A stretch of 64,000 bases of DNA, taken from assembly GCA_013002345.1 (NCBI GenBank), contig JABDKH010000200.1, forward strand, positions 664-64,663. Direction: 5' to 3'. This document shows positions 35,734 through 45,279 of the stretch, piece after piece. Every line of letters starts with the position of its first letter. The first letter of the stretch is position 1. Under the pieces are notes generated by a model that was not told the DNA's origin, searched no databases, and saw only the letters and a program-made list of their open reading frames with translations. The position numbers and the translations under genes were made by a program. Origin of the DNA: Rhodothermales bacterium. GTDB lineage: Bacteria; Bacteroidota; Rhodothermia; Rhodothermales; JABDKH01.

Positions 35734-36996
35734 CTACATGTTCGCGAATTTCAGCGACTTCGCGAGGTTCGGATCGTTTTGCGGCACAAGGCTATGCCGC
35801 GAAAGGCGAAACAGCACGAGGCCGAGAAACACTCCGAACAGGCCAAGCCAGGCCGAGAAATCCATCCAGTGGAAGCCTGCCTGATCTGGATGCAGAACGG
35901 GCATCGCAATCCAGTGGAAGTCAAACCAGTTCATGACCAGGAACCAGACAGCCATGATGCTCATCACGGGCACGGAGCGTTTGGCACGGCGGGGAAGAAG
36001 TACCCAGAACGGGATTACAAAGTGTGCGATCAGGAGGGCTGCCGAATGAGCTTCCCAGCCATGCTGAAGCCTGTGGCGGTACCAGATCGTCTCCTCCGGC
36101 AGATTCCCGTACCAGATCAACATGTACTGGCTGAACGCGATATACGCCCAGAACACCGTGAAGCCGAACATCATTTTGCCCAGATCATGGTAATGCTCCG
36201 GACTGATGATCCCGCGCAAACCCCGCCGTCGTTGAAGCAGAATAGCAATGAGCGCGATCATCGCATGTGCTACCCAGAACGAGGCCGCAAAGAAGTACAC
36301 ACCAAAGATTGTTGAAAACCAGTGTGGATCCAGCGACATCAGAATGTCGAAGCTGGCGAACGACGTGGTTACGGCCGTGATCGCAAGACCCACTGCGCTC
36401 ACCTTGCGCATTTTGAAGCCCGTATTGACATCTCCGTCGACATCTTGCCGGACTGATAGCGCATAAAGGCGATACGAGATTGCGGTCCATGCCACGAAAT
36501 AGACGGCCAGCCGAACAAGAAAGAACGGCGTATTCAAGTAATCGCGCTTGCCGGCCAGTATCGGGTCGTAGTGACTGTCCGCCGGATCATAAACCTCAAC
36601 ATGGGTCCAGTGGTACAGATCGTGCATGCCGATCAGAATCGGGACCGACAGAACGGCGAGCACAGGGAAAGACCACGTAAGCGCCTCAGGAATTCTGCGA
36701 AGCACTATGCTCCATCTGGCACGCGTAAGGTGATTGATGAGCAGGAAGAATAGCGCACCGAGGGCAATGGACAGACAGAACGTCCAGCCAACCAGATACG
36801 AGAAGTAGAACTGCCTGGGGTTGGTCGCCCAACCGACGGCAGTCAGCACGAGCAAGCCGATGCCAATGGCTGCCGGGATGAACCACGGCAACACCTTCCC
36901 CGTCGGCTTGAATACTTCCCGAGTTGAGTCAACTGTAGACCTGAACGGGTCCGCGAGCCACGTCGAAATCGAGTTGGATCTGACTGAATTCGTCAT
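35734..36996 (-). CDS. actF: Alternative Complex III subunit ActF (NrfD-like membrane subunit)
   Basis: 420 aa, polytopic. It is a paralogue of ActC and sits after actE as in Rhodothermus-type clusters. Confidence 0.85.
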   Translation of the reverse strand: MTNSVRSNSISTWLADPFRSTVDSTREVFKPTGKVLPWFIPAAIGIGLLVLTAVGWATNPRQFYFSYLVGWTFCLSIALGALFFLLINHLTRARWSIVLRRIPEALTWSFPVLAVLSVPILIGMHDLYHWTHVEVYDPADSHYDPILAGKRDYLNTPFFLVRLAVYFVAWTAISYRLYALSVRQDVDGDVNTGFKMRKVSAVGLAITAVTTSFASFDILMSLDPHWFSTIFGVYFFAASFWVAHAMIALIAILLQRRRGLRGIISPEHYHDLGKMMFGFTVFWAYIAFSQYMLIWYGNLPEETIWYRHRLQHGWEAHSAALLIAHFVIPFWVLLPRRAKRSVPVMSIMAVWFLVMNWFDFHWIAMPVLHPDQAGFHWMDFSAWLGLFGVFLGLVLFRLSRHSLVPQNDPNLAKSLKFANM

Positions 36997-37025
36997 CTTG
37001 TCTCTTCAGCTACGATTCGTGGCTT

Positions 37026-37652
37026 CTACTCCATTTGAGCGATTACGTCCGCCGGCACATCGGCGCGGTCGGCATTCTGACTCCGCTGCAGGGCGCGAAC
37101 ATAACTGACGATCGCCCATCGATCGGCGACCGGTATCTGAGTTCCGTAGCCGGGCATGGTTCGTACGCCGTTGACGACGACGTTGTACAGGTAGCCATCG
37201 GGCTGGGCACGGAGCTCGTCCGAGTGGTACGTAGGCGCCGGCACGTAGCCGTACTCCCCCGTCATGATGATTCCCAATCCATCACCAACGGGTCCATGGC
37301 AGACGCTGCAAAAAATCTTGTACCGTTCTTGCCCCCTGACGAGGAGCTCGCGGGTCATCGGCAGCGGAATGTCGCGCACGAAGGCGCCCGTCTCGTCACG
37401 CCCGAAATAGAACCTGACGTCTTCGCGCAGGAAGCCTCTCGCCACGGTACCGGCCACAAGTGGGCGCATGGCACGACCGTCAGCGAAAAACGGGTTGGCC
37501 GACTGGGGATCGAACCGTTGCTGCCAGTCCATGTTGGGGCTCACGTGTACGGGCGGCTCAGGCGTCGTCGTGCCGCGGCACCCCGCGAGCACGAGCACCG
37601 CCAGGATCGCAGCACCAAATGGCAGGCGTATGATGTATCTGGTTCGGGTCAT
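37026..37652 (-). CDS. actE: Alternative Complex III subunit ActE (monoheme cytochrome c lipoprotein)
   Basis: 208 aa. Lipobox LVLAGC, single CSVCH heme site. The start overlaps the actD stop (ATGA). Confidence 0.88.
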   Translation of the reverse strand: MTRTRYIIRLPFGAAILAVLVLAGCRGTTTPEPPVHVSPNMDWQQRFDPQSANPFFADGRAMRPLVAGTVARGFLREDVRFYFGRDETGAFVRDIPLPMTRELLVRGQERYKIFCSVCHGPVGDGLGIIMTGEYGYVPAPTYHSDELRAQPDGYLYNVVVNGVRTMPGYGTQIPVADRWAIVSYVRALQRSQNADRADVPADVIAQME

Positions 37653-38308
37653 ACGGATTGTTCGGTCTCGGCCACATCCGACGCGGTTTCGTCAACATCT
37701 TCGGGGTCGACCTCCGCTTCCCCGGTATCTTCGATCCATTCCACCATCAGGGCGCCGGCATCTTCCAGGAACTGGCTCGTGCCCGCCCGATCGAACAACC
37801 GGTCGCTCGCTGCTATGTGCAGAAAGAAGGCATCGTCCGTCGCGGCCGCGAATCGCTTGCTGTAGAAGAGTGGGTTGTACGGTCTCGGCAGGCCGTTGAG
37901 TAAAAACATTCCCGCAGCAGCACCCAGCGCTGCAAAAAGAATAGTGAGTTCAAAGATGACCGGGATCGAAGGCTCATATGCGAAGAACGGCTTACCCGAG
38001 ATGTTGAGCGGGTAGTCGACAGCGCCGGTCCACCACTGCAGCAGAATGCCTGCTGCCAGACCCGTCAATCCGCCGCCAAGAGTCAGCAGACCGACCTTCG
38101 AATTGCCGAGCCCCATGGCCCCGTCCATGCCATGGATCGGGAACGGAGTGTGCGTGTCAAAATGCTTGTACCCGGCATCCCTCACAGCCCTGGCTGCGCG
38201 GACCAGCGTTGCCGGATTTGAAAACTCCGCAAGCAGGCCGTAGCCCCCGTCATGCGCGGGCTCGTAGATCCCCATCGTCGCCTTGATAGCACGTATGATC
38301 GCTTTCAT
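37649..38308 (-). CDS. actD: Alternative Complex III subunit ActD (DUF3341)
   Basis: 219 aa. GLLAEF...AARAVRDAGY start and two TM helices. Acidic tail EDTGEAEVDPEDVDETASDVAETEQSV. Confidence 0.85.
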   Translation of the reverse strand: MKAIIRAIKATMGIYEPAHDGGYGLLAEFSNPATLVRAARAVRDAGYKHFDTHTPFPIHGMDGAMGLGNSKVGLLTLGGGLTGLAAGILLQWWTGAVDYPLNISGKPFFAYEPSIPVIFELTILFAALGAAAGMFLLNGLPRPYNPLFYSKRFAAATDDAFFLHIAASDRLFDRAGTSQFLEDAGALMVEWIEDTGEAEVDPEDVDETASDVAETEQSV

Positions 38309-38335
38309 CAGTGTTGATCTCGTTGCATACTCAGC

Positions 38336-39772
38336 CTAATGCGGATGCTCGGAGTGGCCGTGTTCATAGTAGTGCGGATCCGCCTGAGGCATGACGACCT
38401 TGATTTCTGCCATCGCCACCATGGGCAGGAACCGCAGGAACAGGAGGAAGAGGGTGAAGAACAATCCGAACGAACCGACAAGTGTCAGCACGTCAACCCA
38501 GGTCGGGGAATAGTAATCCCACGAACTCGGCAGGTAGTCACGATGCAGCGACGTGACGGTGATGACGAATCGCTCGAACCACATCCCGATGTTCACGATG
38601 ATCGATAGCACGAACATGAATGGAATGCTGCGCCGCAACTTCTTGAACCAGAAGAACTGGGGAAAGAAGAGGTTGCACAACATCATGGTCCAGTAGGCCC
38701 AGGCATACGGGCCGGTCGCTCTGTTGAGAAACGCATACTGTTCGTACTCGACGCCCGAATACCATGCGATGAAGAACTCCGTGATGTACGCGAAGCCGAC
38801 CATGGACCCCGTAAGCAGGATGATCATGTTCATCCTCTCCAGGTGGTTCACCGTGATGATATTCTCCAGGTTGTACGCTTTGCGAGCGATGACGAGAAGA
38901 GTCACCACCATGGCGAAGCCGGAGAAGATGGCACCGGCGACGAAGTACGGGGGGAAGATGGTAGTGTGCCACCCCGGGACAACCGATACCGCGAAGTCAA
39001 ACGACACGACGGAGTGAACCGAAAGGACCAGCGGCGTCGCCAGCGCAGCCAGTAGCAAGTACGCCTTCTCGTAGTTCCGCCAGTGGCGATTCGATCCCGA
39101 CCAGCCAAGAGCCAGGAACGCAAATACGCGACGGCGCAGCAGCGACTTCGCTCGGTCTCGCAGCGTGGCCACATCCGGAACCAGACCGATGTACCAGAAC
39201 ATCAACGACACCGTGAAATACACGGAGACCGCGAACACGTCCCACAACAGCGGGCTCTTGAACTGGGGCCACATCTCCATCTGATTCGGGATGGGCAACA
39301 TCCAGTAGGCGACCCACACACGACCCACGTGGATACCCGGAAAGAGCAGCGCGCAAATGACCGCGAAGATGGTCATGGCCTCTGCCGACCGGTTGATGGC
39401 CGTCCTCCACTGCTGCCGGAAGAGGTATAGAATTGCCGAGATCAGTGTCCCGGCGTGTCCGATACCGACCCAGAAAACGAAGTTGACAATCGCGTAGCCC
39501 CAGCCAACCGGATTGTTCAGGCCCCAGACACCCGTGCCATTCCAGAACAGGTAGGCCACCATGACGCCCAGCAGCAACAGCCCCACGTTTGCAAGGGCGA
39601 ACGCTGCCAGCCAGGTCGTCGGTGTCTTCTTCTCGGTGTGATACGACACCAACTCCGTGACATCGTGAAAACCAAGATTGCCGGCCACCAGAGGCGGATC
39701 TTCGACGTGTCCGTCGCCGCTATGTCCGGGCAGCACGTCTGATGACAAAGCCATGTTCTTCTTGTCCTTCAC
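38336..39772 (-). CDS. actC: Alternative Complex III subunit ActC (NrfD/PsrC-like quinol-interacting membrane subunit)
   Basis: 478 aa with about 10 TM helices. NrfD-like pattern ([31 protein letters not shown]). Confidence 0.9.
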   Translation of the reverse strand: MKDKKNMALSSDVLPGHSGDGHVEDPPLVAGNLGFHDVTELVSYHTEKKTPTTWLAAFALANVGLLLLGVMVAYLFWNGTGVWGLNNPVGWGYAIVNFVFWVGIGHAGTLISAILYLFRQQWRTAINRSAEAMTIFAVICALLFPGIHVGRVWVAYWMLPIPNQMEMWPQFKSPLLWDVFAVSVYFTVSLMFWYIGLVPDVATLRDRAKSLLRRRVFAFLALGWSGSNRHWRNYEKAYLLLAALATPLVLSVHSVVSFDFAVSVVPGWHTTIFPPYFVAGAIFSGFAMVVTLLVIARKAYNLENIITVNHLERMNMIILLTGSMVGFAYITEFFIAWYSGVEYEQYAFLNRATGPYAWAYWTMMLCNLFFPQFFWFKKLRRSIPFMFVLSIIVNIGMWFERFVITVTSLHRDYLPSSWDYYSPTWVDVLTLVGSFGLFFTLFLLFLRFLPMVAMAEIKVVMPQADPHYYEHGHSEHPH

Positions 39773-39808
39773 GTTGCCAGAATTCGGTTGTTGTCCGCCT
39801 CAGGCTTG

Positions 39809-42800
39809 CTAAACATCTTGTCCTGCAAGAGCAGGATTCGGATTCGTGATTCTTCCGAGATAGGAGGTCCTCGGCTTAACACTGAGTTCGGCGAGTAATT
39901 CGTATCGTCGGTCGCTCTGCCGCATTCGCGTAATCTCGCTCTCGGGATCCCGCATATTCCCAAAAGCAATTGCGCGGGTCGGGCAGGACTGCTGGCAGGC
40001 CGTTCGCACTTCCCCGTCGCGAATCGCACGATCCTCCAGATTGGCCTGCTGGTTGACGGCGCGAACGCGCTGTATGCAGTACGAACACTTCTCCATCACT
40101 CCGCGAGACCGGACCGTAACATCCGGGTTCTGCGTCATGTGAAGACTGGCCGGAAGTGTCTTGACCCAGTTATAAAAATTGAACCGACGAACCTTGTAGG
40201 GACAGTTGTTGGCGCAGTAGCGCGTCCCTATGCATCGGTTGTATATCATCTGATTCGTGCCATCCGGCGAGTGCACCGTCGCTGCCACCGGGCAAACGGA
40301 CTCGCATGGCGCATTTTCGCAGTGCTGGCACGGAAGCGGCTGAAAGACCATCGAAGGACTTGCATCACCTTCAGGTCCGCTGACGAAATAGCGATCGGTG
40401 CGGATCCAGTGCATCTCACGCCCGAGACTCACTTCTTCCTTTCCGACAACCTGGATGTTGTTCTCCGATTGACACGCAACAACGCAGGCCCCGCATCCGG
40501 TACATGCGTTGAGATCGATGGTCATCGCCCACTGCTGTTCGTAGTACGGGTTGTCCTTCGACGGCGCCTGGTCTGCCGGGTGCTGGGATTGCCACAGGGC
40601 CGGATAATCTTCCCAGTCCTCCCCTCCCGGAATGGGTGGCTTCGCGTCGCGCGCGAAAGTAGGATTCGCACGATACTCCTCGATCGTGGCTCGCTGAACC
40701 GGCGCTCGTTTCTCGACCTGCTCAAGATCTGTTTCCAGGGCGCCATGATCCTGCGTAGTCGCGATCATATAGCCGCCGCTTGCACGAGATACGCGCGTCG
40801 CTACACCGATGCCCGGAGCGGCGATTGACCGAAGCGGACCGACGTTCATTCCAACGCCGTTTGACAGCGGGCCCTGACCATAGATGTCGGTGTAATGGTC
40901 GAGGTCAAAGAAGATCCTCCCCCGCTGCTTCCGCGTCGAAGCAATTTCGCGACCGTAACCGAGGTTCAAGGAAATCGAATTGTCGGCGTGTCCCGGGAGC
41001 ACCCAGATCGGAAGCTGCACGGATTGCCCGTCGATCTCGATCTCAGCAACATCGACAAAGTAGCGACCCTTGGACAGCTCCCATTCGAGGCCGAGCCGAT
41101 CCGCTGTGGCGGGACTCATCAGCGCGACATTATCCCAGACCACCTTCGTCGTCGGGTCAGGGAGCTCCTGCAGCCACGAGTTGTTGGCAAAGGAGCCATC
41201 GAAAACGGTAGGATCGAGCCGGAACACGACTTCGACGTCGTTTACGTCCGAGGCGTTGCGGCCAGGCACGGGTGGAATCTGCTGAAGCCGGGGCGTGACG
41301 GGCTCATACGTGGTGCCGGGCAGGAATCCATCATGGAGAACCTTGCGCCAGCCTTTCTCAAAGTCGCCGGATATCATTCGTCGCCACTCCTGTCGGACGA
41401 GATCATAGCCACTACGATCGACTCCCGTGGCCAGAAGATTCAGCAACTCGATATCAGATCTTGAGTCGTAAAGTGGCGCAATGAGCGGCTGGATGACCGA
41501 ATGAGTGCCGTCGAGGGCGCGACCGTCCCCCCAGGCCTCGAGATAGTGCGACGCCGGGATATGCCACATCGCCGCCTGCGCGGTCTCGTCGACGTGCGTG
41601 CCAAGATGGATGGTTTCGCTAACCCGCTTCAGCGCCTCTGAAAATCCCAGCGAGGCCGGCGCATTGTAGACCGGATTTACACCGATCATTACCAGGACGT
41701 CAACGCGACCTGCGTTCAGGTTCTGTACGAGGGCGGGCAGATTTGTCGTGTCCCGAGGCGCATCGATCGCCAGAAGTTCGACCGTATTACCGGGCGCACC
41801 CAGATGCGAGTTGATCGCTGCGCACAGTGCGTGCACTTCGGGAGGTTGCGTCTCTCCGGCGAGCACGACACCGGAACTCCCCGCCTTTCGTAAATCGGCC
41901 GCTATCGCGACAGCATGCGCATCATCCTGAAAGGCGGTCGCGGCCGCGCCAGGAACGCCGAGCAGGGATGCCACGGCTTGCGCGAACGCTCCGATCTCCG
42001 ATGATCGGAGAGGCAGCCGGTGGTCAGCCATCGCGCCGGTAAGCGAGTAGGCGCTCTCGATCGAATACAAGCGGCTCATCGAGTCGTCCGGGCTCTCGAG
42101 CCGTCGGCTATCCGCGAATTCTCGGCTATTGGCCAAAAAATGGCGACTTGTTGGCGCCAGAAAATCGGCGTCAAGACTGACGATCACATTCGCCTGAGAG
42201 AATCGGTAGCGCGGCCGCACATCGCGACCATAGGCCATCTGCATCCCCGCCGCTTCAGCATCAATCCCTGTCGGACTGTGCGTGACCCACTCCAGATCCG
42301 TAAATCGCGATTCCAGCGCCGATCGTACTGCCCGTCGCGTCGGTGAGGAACTCTCGTCTGCGATAACCGCGACCCGTCGTCCTTCGAGCGTCCTGCTAAA
42401 TGCAACAAAGTCAGCCCAGGTCGACGGATTACCGTCACGAAGTACGTTGGTCGAACGGTCCGGATCATAGAGATTCAGCACCGATGCCTGTTCGAACACG
42501 CCGGCCGCACCGAGGCTTACAGGATGCTCCGGATTCCCCTCTACTTTCGTCGGACGGCCCTCATGACTTTCGACAAGCAGTCCGTGGACTGCGCCCCGGA
42601 ATGGCATCGCCGTCGCAAAGAAGAGCGGGATCCCCGGAGTAATCTCCTCCGGCTTTCGAGCATACGGGAGAATCATCTCGACCGGCTTGCGACAGGCCGT
42701 CAGACCCGCCAGAGCCATCGAGGCACCCATCAGCTGAAGGAACTGCCGGCGCGAACTCGCGCCCGGCGTCCCACTGGCACCCGGGAGGAACTCCTCCTTC

Positions 42801-42916
42801 AGAAAGTCCCGATAGGCAGGATCCTTCGTCAGCTGGCTGATACTTCTCCAGAACCGGTCGCGGGGAGTACGGTCGCTGGATTCGACAGCATCTATGATCG
42901 GAAGCTCAATCATCAC
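39809..42916 (-). CDS. actB: Alternative Complex III subunit ActB (molybdopterin-oxidoreductase-like domain fused to an Fe-S domain)
   Basis: 1035 aa. Tat motif SRRQFLQLMGASMALAGLTAC. C-terminal ferredoxin-type clusters CTGCGACVVACQSENN, CQHCENAPCESVCP, CIGTRYCANNCPYKVRRFN. Confidence 0.93.
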   Translation of the reverse strand: MMIELPIIDAVESSDRTPRDRFWRSISQLTKDPAYRDFLKEEFLPGASGTPGASSRRQFLQLMGASMALAGLTACRKPVEMILPYARKPEEITPGIPLFFATAMPFRGAVHGLLVESHEGRPTKVEGNPEHPVSLGAAGVFEQASVLNLYDPDRSTNVLRDGNPSTWADFVAFSRTLEGRRVAVIADESSSPTRRAVRSALESRFTDLEWVTHSPTGIDAEAAGMQMAYGRDVRPRYRFSQANVIVSLDADFLAPTSRHFLANSREFADSRRLESPDDSMSRLYSIESAYSLTGAMADHRLPLRSSEIGAFAQAVASLLGVPGAAATAFQDDAHAVAIAADLRKAGSSGVVLAGETQPPEVHALCAAINSHLGAPGNTVELLAIDAPRDTTNLPALVQNLNAGRVDVLVMIGVNPVYNAPASLGFSEALKRVSETIHLGTHVDETAQAAMWHIPASHYLEAWGDGRALDGTHSVIQPLIAPLYDSRSDIELLNLLATGVDRSGYDLVRQEWRRMISGDFEKGWRKVLHDGFLPGTTYEPVTPRLQQIPPVPGRNASDVNDVEVVFRLDPTVFDGSFANNSWLQELPDPTTKVVWDNVALMSPATADRLGLEWELSKGRYFVDVAEIEIDGQSVQLPIWVLPGHADNSISLNLGYGREIASTRKQRGRIFFDLDHYTDIYGQGPLSNGVGMNVGPLRSIAAPGIGVATRVSRASGGYMIATTQDHGALETDLEQVEKRAPVQRATIEEYRANPTFARDAKPPIPGGEDWEDYPALWQSQHPADQAPSKDNPYYEQQWAMTIDLNACTGCGACVVACQSENNIQVVGKEEVSLGREMHWIRTDRYFVSGPEGDASPSMVFQPLPCQHCENAPCESVCPVAATVHSPDGTNQMIYNRCIGTRYCANNCPYKVRRFNFYNWVKTLPASLHMTQNPDVTVRSRGVMEKCSYCIQRVRAVNQQANLEDRAIRDGEVRTACQQSCPTRAIAFGNMRDPESEITRMRQSDRRYELLAELSVKPRTSYLGRITNPNPALAGQDV

Positions 42917-42954
42917 TGAGTGCTCAGCGCAAGGCGAAGGATTTTGAAAAACTC

Positions 42955-43602
42955 TTAATAGTGACAGGCCGAACAGTTGGTAGGCGGCCGAATGCCCTCC
43001 TCCACAATTCGGTCCAGATTTCTGTCGACAAAGTCGACAGGGTGTACGTAACCCATCGTCGTGATCTCATCGGACGGCCGAAGATAGAGCTCGGGCTGGC
43101 GATGACACTCCAGGCACCATCCCATCGACAGCGGCTCTTTTAACAGGACGACCTCCATCTGGTCAACGCGGCCGTGGCATGTCTCGCAGCCCACTCCATT
43201 CTTGACGTGAACCGCGTGACTGAACCGGGCATAATCGGGCAGTTGGTGAACGTTCACCCAGTTTACCGGATCTCCGGTGGCCCAACTCGCCCTGACAGGG
43301 AGAAGCTTGAGGCTCTCCGTCTTGATCTGGTTGTGACAGTTCATGCACGTCTGCGTGGCCGGCACGTTCGCGTGCGACGAGTACTCTACGGCGCTGTGGC
43401 AATAGCGACAGTCCATGCCCAGCTGACCAACGTGTGTCAGATGGCTGTACTGGGTCGGCTGCTCTGGTTCATATCCGACGTCCGTGAATTCGGGCGAGAA
43501 ATAGTACCAGACGAGGAAGATGGTCAGGATACCGCCCCCTGTCGCGCCGAGAAGTGATAATAGCGGCAGGGCGTTCGCCCTCTTCGGAAATACCTGAGGC
43601 AT
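42955..43602 (-). CDS. actA: Alternative Complex III subunit ActA (pentaheme cytochrome c)
   Basis: 215 aa. N-terminal TM anchor and five CxxCH sites (CRYCH, CMNCH, CETCH, CLECH, CSACH). Confidence 0.93.
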   Translation of the reverse strand: MPQVFPKRANALPLLSLLGATGGGILTIFLVWYYFSPEFTDVGYEPEQPTQYSHLTHVGQLGMDCRYCHSAVEYSSHANVPATQTCMNCHNQIKTESLKLLPVRASWATGDPVNWVNVHQLPDYARFSHAVHVKNGVGCETCHGRVDQMEVVLLKEPLSMGWCLECHRQPELYLRPSDEITTMGYVHPVDFVDRNLDRIVEEGIRPPTNCSACHY

Positions 43603-43757
43603 ACAGAAACGTCAGATCAACCAGAACCAACAAGCGCGGAATTCCATGAGAGCGTGCTAAGGTACACCAACAGCAGGACAGATATTATGGGATCGCGCTT
43701 GAATTATCTACAAAACCGCACGGATTCGACCCGCATAAATCACACTGCCAGCCGGTG

Positions 43758-45131
43758 TCATTCAACGTCAAGAGCCACAGGAACGAAATCGTCGATCCGT
43801 GCTCGGACGCGAATCCCAAAGCGGATTGACAGAAGGATCGCCGCCGCGACAAGCCCTAACACGAGACCCCACCACAACCCGATCGGTCCGTAGTCGAAGC
43901 CGAATCCGAGTACGTATCCGGTGGACAGACCGACGACCCAGTACGACACGAACCCGATTAGCATGGGCACCCGGGTGTCCTTAAGTCCACGGAGTGCGCC
44001 GGCCGCCGAAACTTGAATGCCGTCGAAGATCTGGAACACGGCGGCGACGACAAGTAGCGCTGCCGCCAGCCGGATTACATCCGCATTCGCCGGATCTGCA
44101 AGGTCGAGATACAGACCGACAATAGCCCGCGGCATTATCCAGAAGAGGGTAGCTGCAAAGAGCATGAAGACGGCAGCGAGTCCAATTCCGACAAAGCCGG
44201 CGATCGTCGCACCATCCGAGTCCTGGCGACCCACTGCCTGACCTACTCGAACTGATGTCGCAATACCGATCCCGAGAGGTACCATGAATGTGAACGCCGC
44301 GCACTGTATCGCAACCTGGTGCGCGGCCAGTGCCACCGTGCCCAGAAGACCCATCATGAGGGCCGTAATAAGAAAAAGCCCCGACTCAACCCCGTAACCG
44401 ATACCGATAGGCCAGCCGATCCGGAAGATCTCTGCCAGATAGCGTGGGTCCGGGCGTCGAATGTGCTTGAATACGCCGTATTCGGCGAACGTCGGGCTCA
44501 GCTGCGTCACGAACACTAGCGTGATCAACATAAACCAGAACACAATCGAACTTGCCCAGCCAGTACCGACCAGTCCCAGTGCGGGAAACCCCAGCTTCCC
44601 GTACATCAGAACATAGTTCGCGAGTATGTTCAGGCCGACGGCCGCAACGCTGATCACCGTCGCCGGTCGCGGTCTTGAAACACCCTCAATGAAACTCCGC
44701 AGCGCGACGAAGCCCAGAAACGGGAAGGCTCCCCACGAGATCGCTCGCAGATACGCTTGCGACAGACTCACTGTCTCGGCATCCTGTCCCATCCACATGA
44801 GCAGCACTCCGGCATTGCGGACGATCAACATCGATGGAACGGTAAGAATGGCCGCCAACCAGAGTCCCTGCCTCACAGATCGAGCGAGTCCGGAGTCGTC
44901 TCCTGCGCCGAACGCCTGGGAGACCATGGGGCCGACGGCCATGACGACGCCCATGGCGATAACGATGGTCGTGAAGAAGATGGAATTGCCGAGGGCAATT
45001 CCTGCCAGAGCCGTGCTGCTCAGATGCCCGACCATCACGGTGTCGACAAACCCCATGGAGATCTGCGCCACCTGCGTAGCCACTACAGGTGTAGCGAGCA
45101 CAATCGTAGCCTTGATTTCGCGCGTCAGCAT
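43758..45131 (-). CDS. MATE family efflux transporter
   Basis: 457 aa with 12 TM helices. N-terminal LATPVVATQVAQISMGFVDTVMVGHL is typical of NorM/DinF-like MATE proteins. Confidence 0.9.
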   Translation of the reverse strand: MLTREIKATIVLATPVVATQVAQISMGFVDTVMVGHLSSTALAGIALGNSIFFTTIVIAMGVVMAVGPMVSQAFGAGDDSGLARSVRQGLWLAAILTVPSMLIVRNAGVLLMWMGQDAETVSLSQAYLRAISWGAFPFLGFVALRSFIEGVSRPRPATVISVAAVGLNILANYVLMYGKLGFPALGLVGTGWASSIVFWFMLITLVFVTQLSPTFAEYGVFKHIRRPDPRYLAEIFRIGWPIGIGYGVESGLFLITALMMGLLGTVALAAHQVAIQCAAFTFMVPLGIGIATSVRVGQAVGRQDSDGATIAGFVGIGLAAVFMLFAATLFWIMPRAIVGLYLDLADPANADVIRLAAALLVVAAVFQIFDGIQVSAAGALRGLKDTRVPMLIGFVSYWVVGLSTGYVLGFGFDYGPIGLWWGLVLGLVAAAILLSIRFGIRVRARIDDFVPVALDVE

Positions 45132-45187
45132 AGCAATGCGGAATAGACCGACTTTCTGGCTTTGCCGATAATACGCTCGCTCTTTCC

Positions 45188-45209
45188 CGATCCGAAGCCA
45201 TGCGGATCG
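45188..45209. promoter_or_regulatory. perfect 7-bp inverted repeat (cgatccg N8 cggatcg) in a divergent promoter region
   Basis: 45188-45194 cgatccg is the reverse complement of 45203-45209 cggatcg. It lies between the MATE start (45131, minus) and the GT2-fusion start (45280, plus). Confidence 0.3.
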
Positions 45210-45279
45210 AAGTCCCGACCAATTTGTACTAGCCGTCCTCCATTTTCACAACGCGCCAGCACCTCACGCGAATCGACTC

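Noticed and set aside
43603-43757. A possible small gene or ncRNA between the MATE stop and the actA start, including a ggaattcc palindrome.
   Set aside because: There is no convincing ORF and no stable extended structure seen by eye. It is most simply the promoter region of the act operon plus the 3' end of the MATE transcript.
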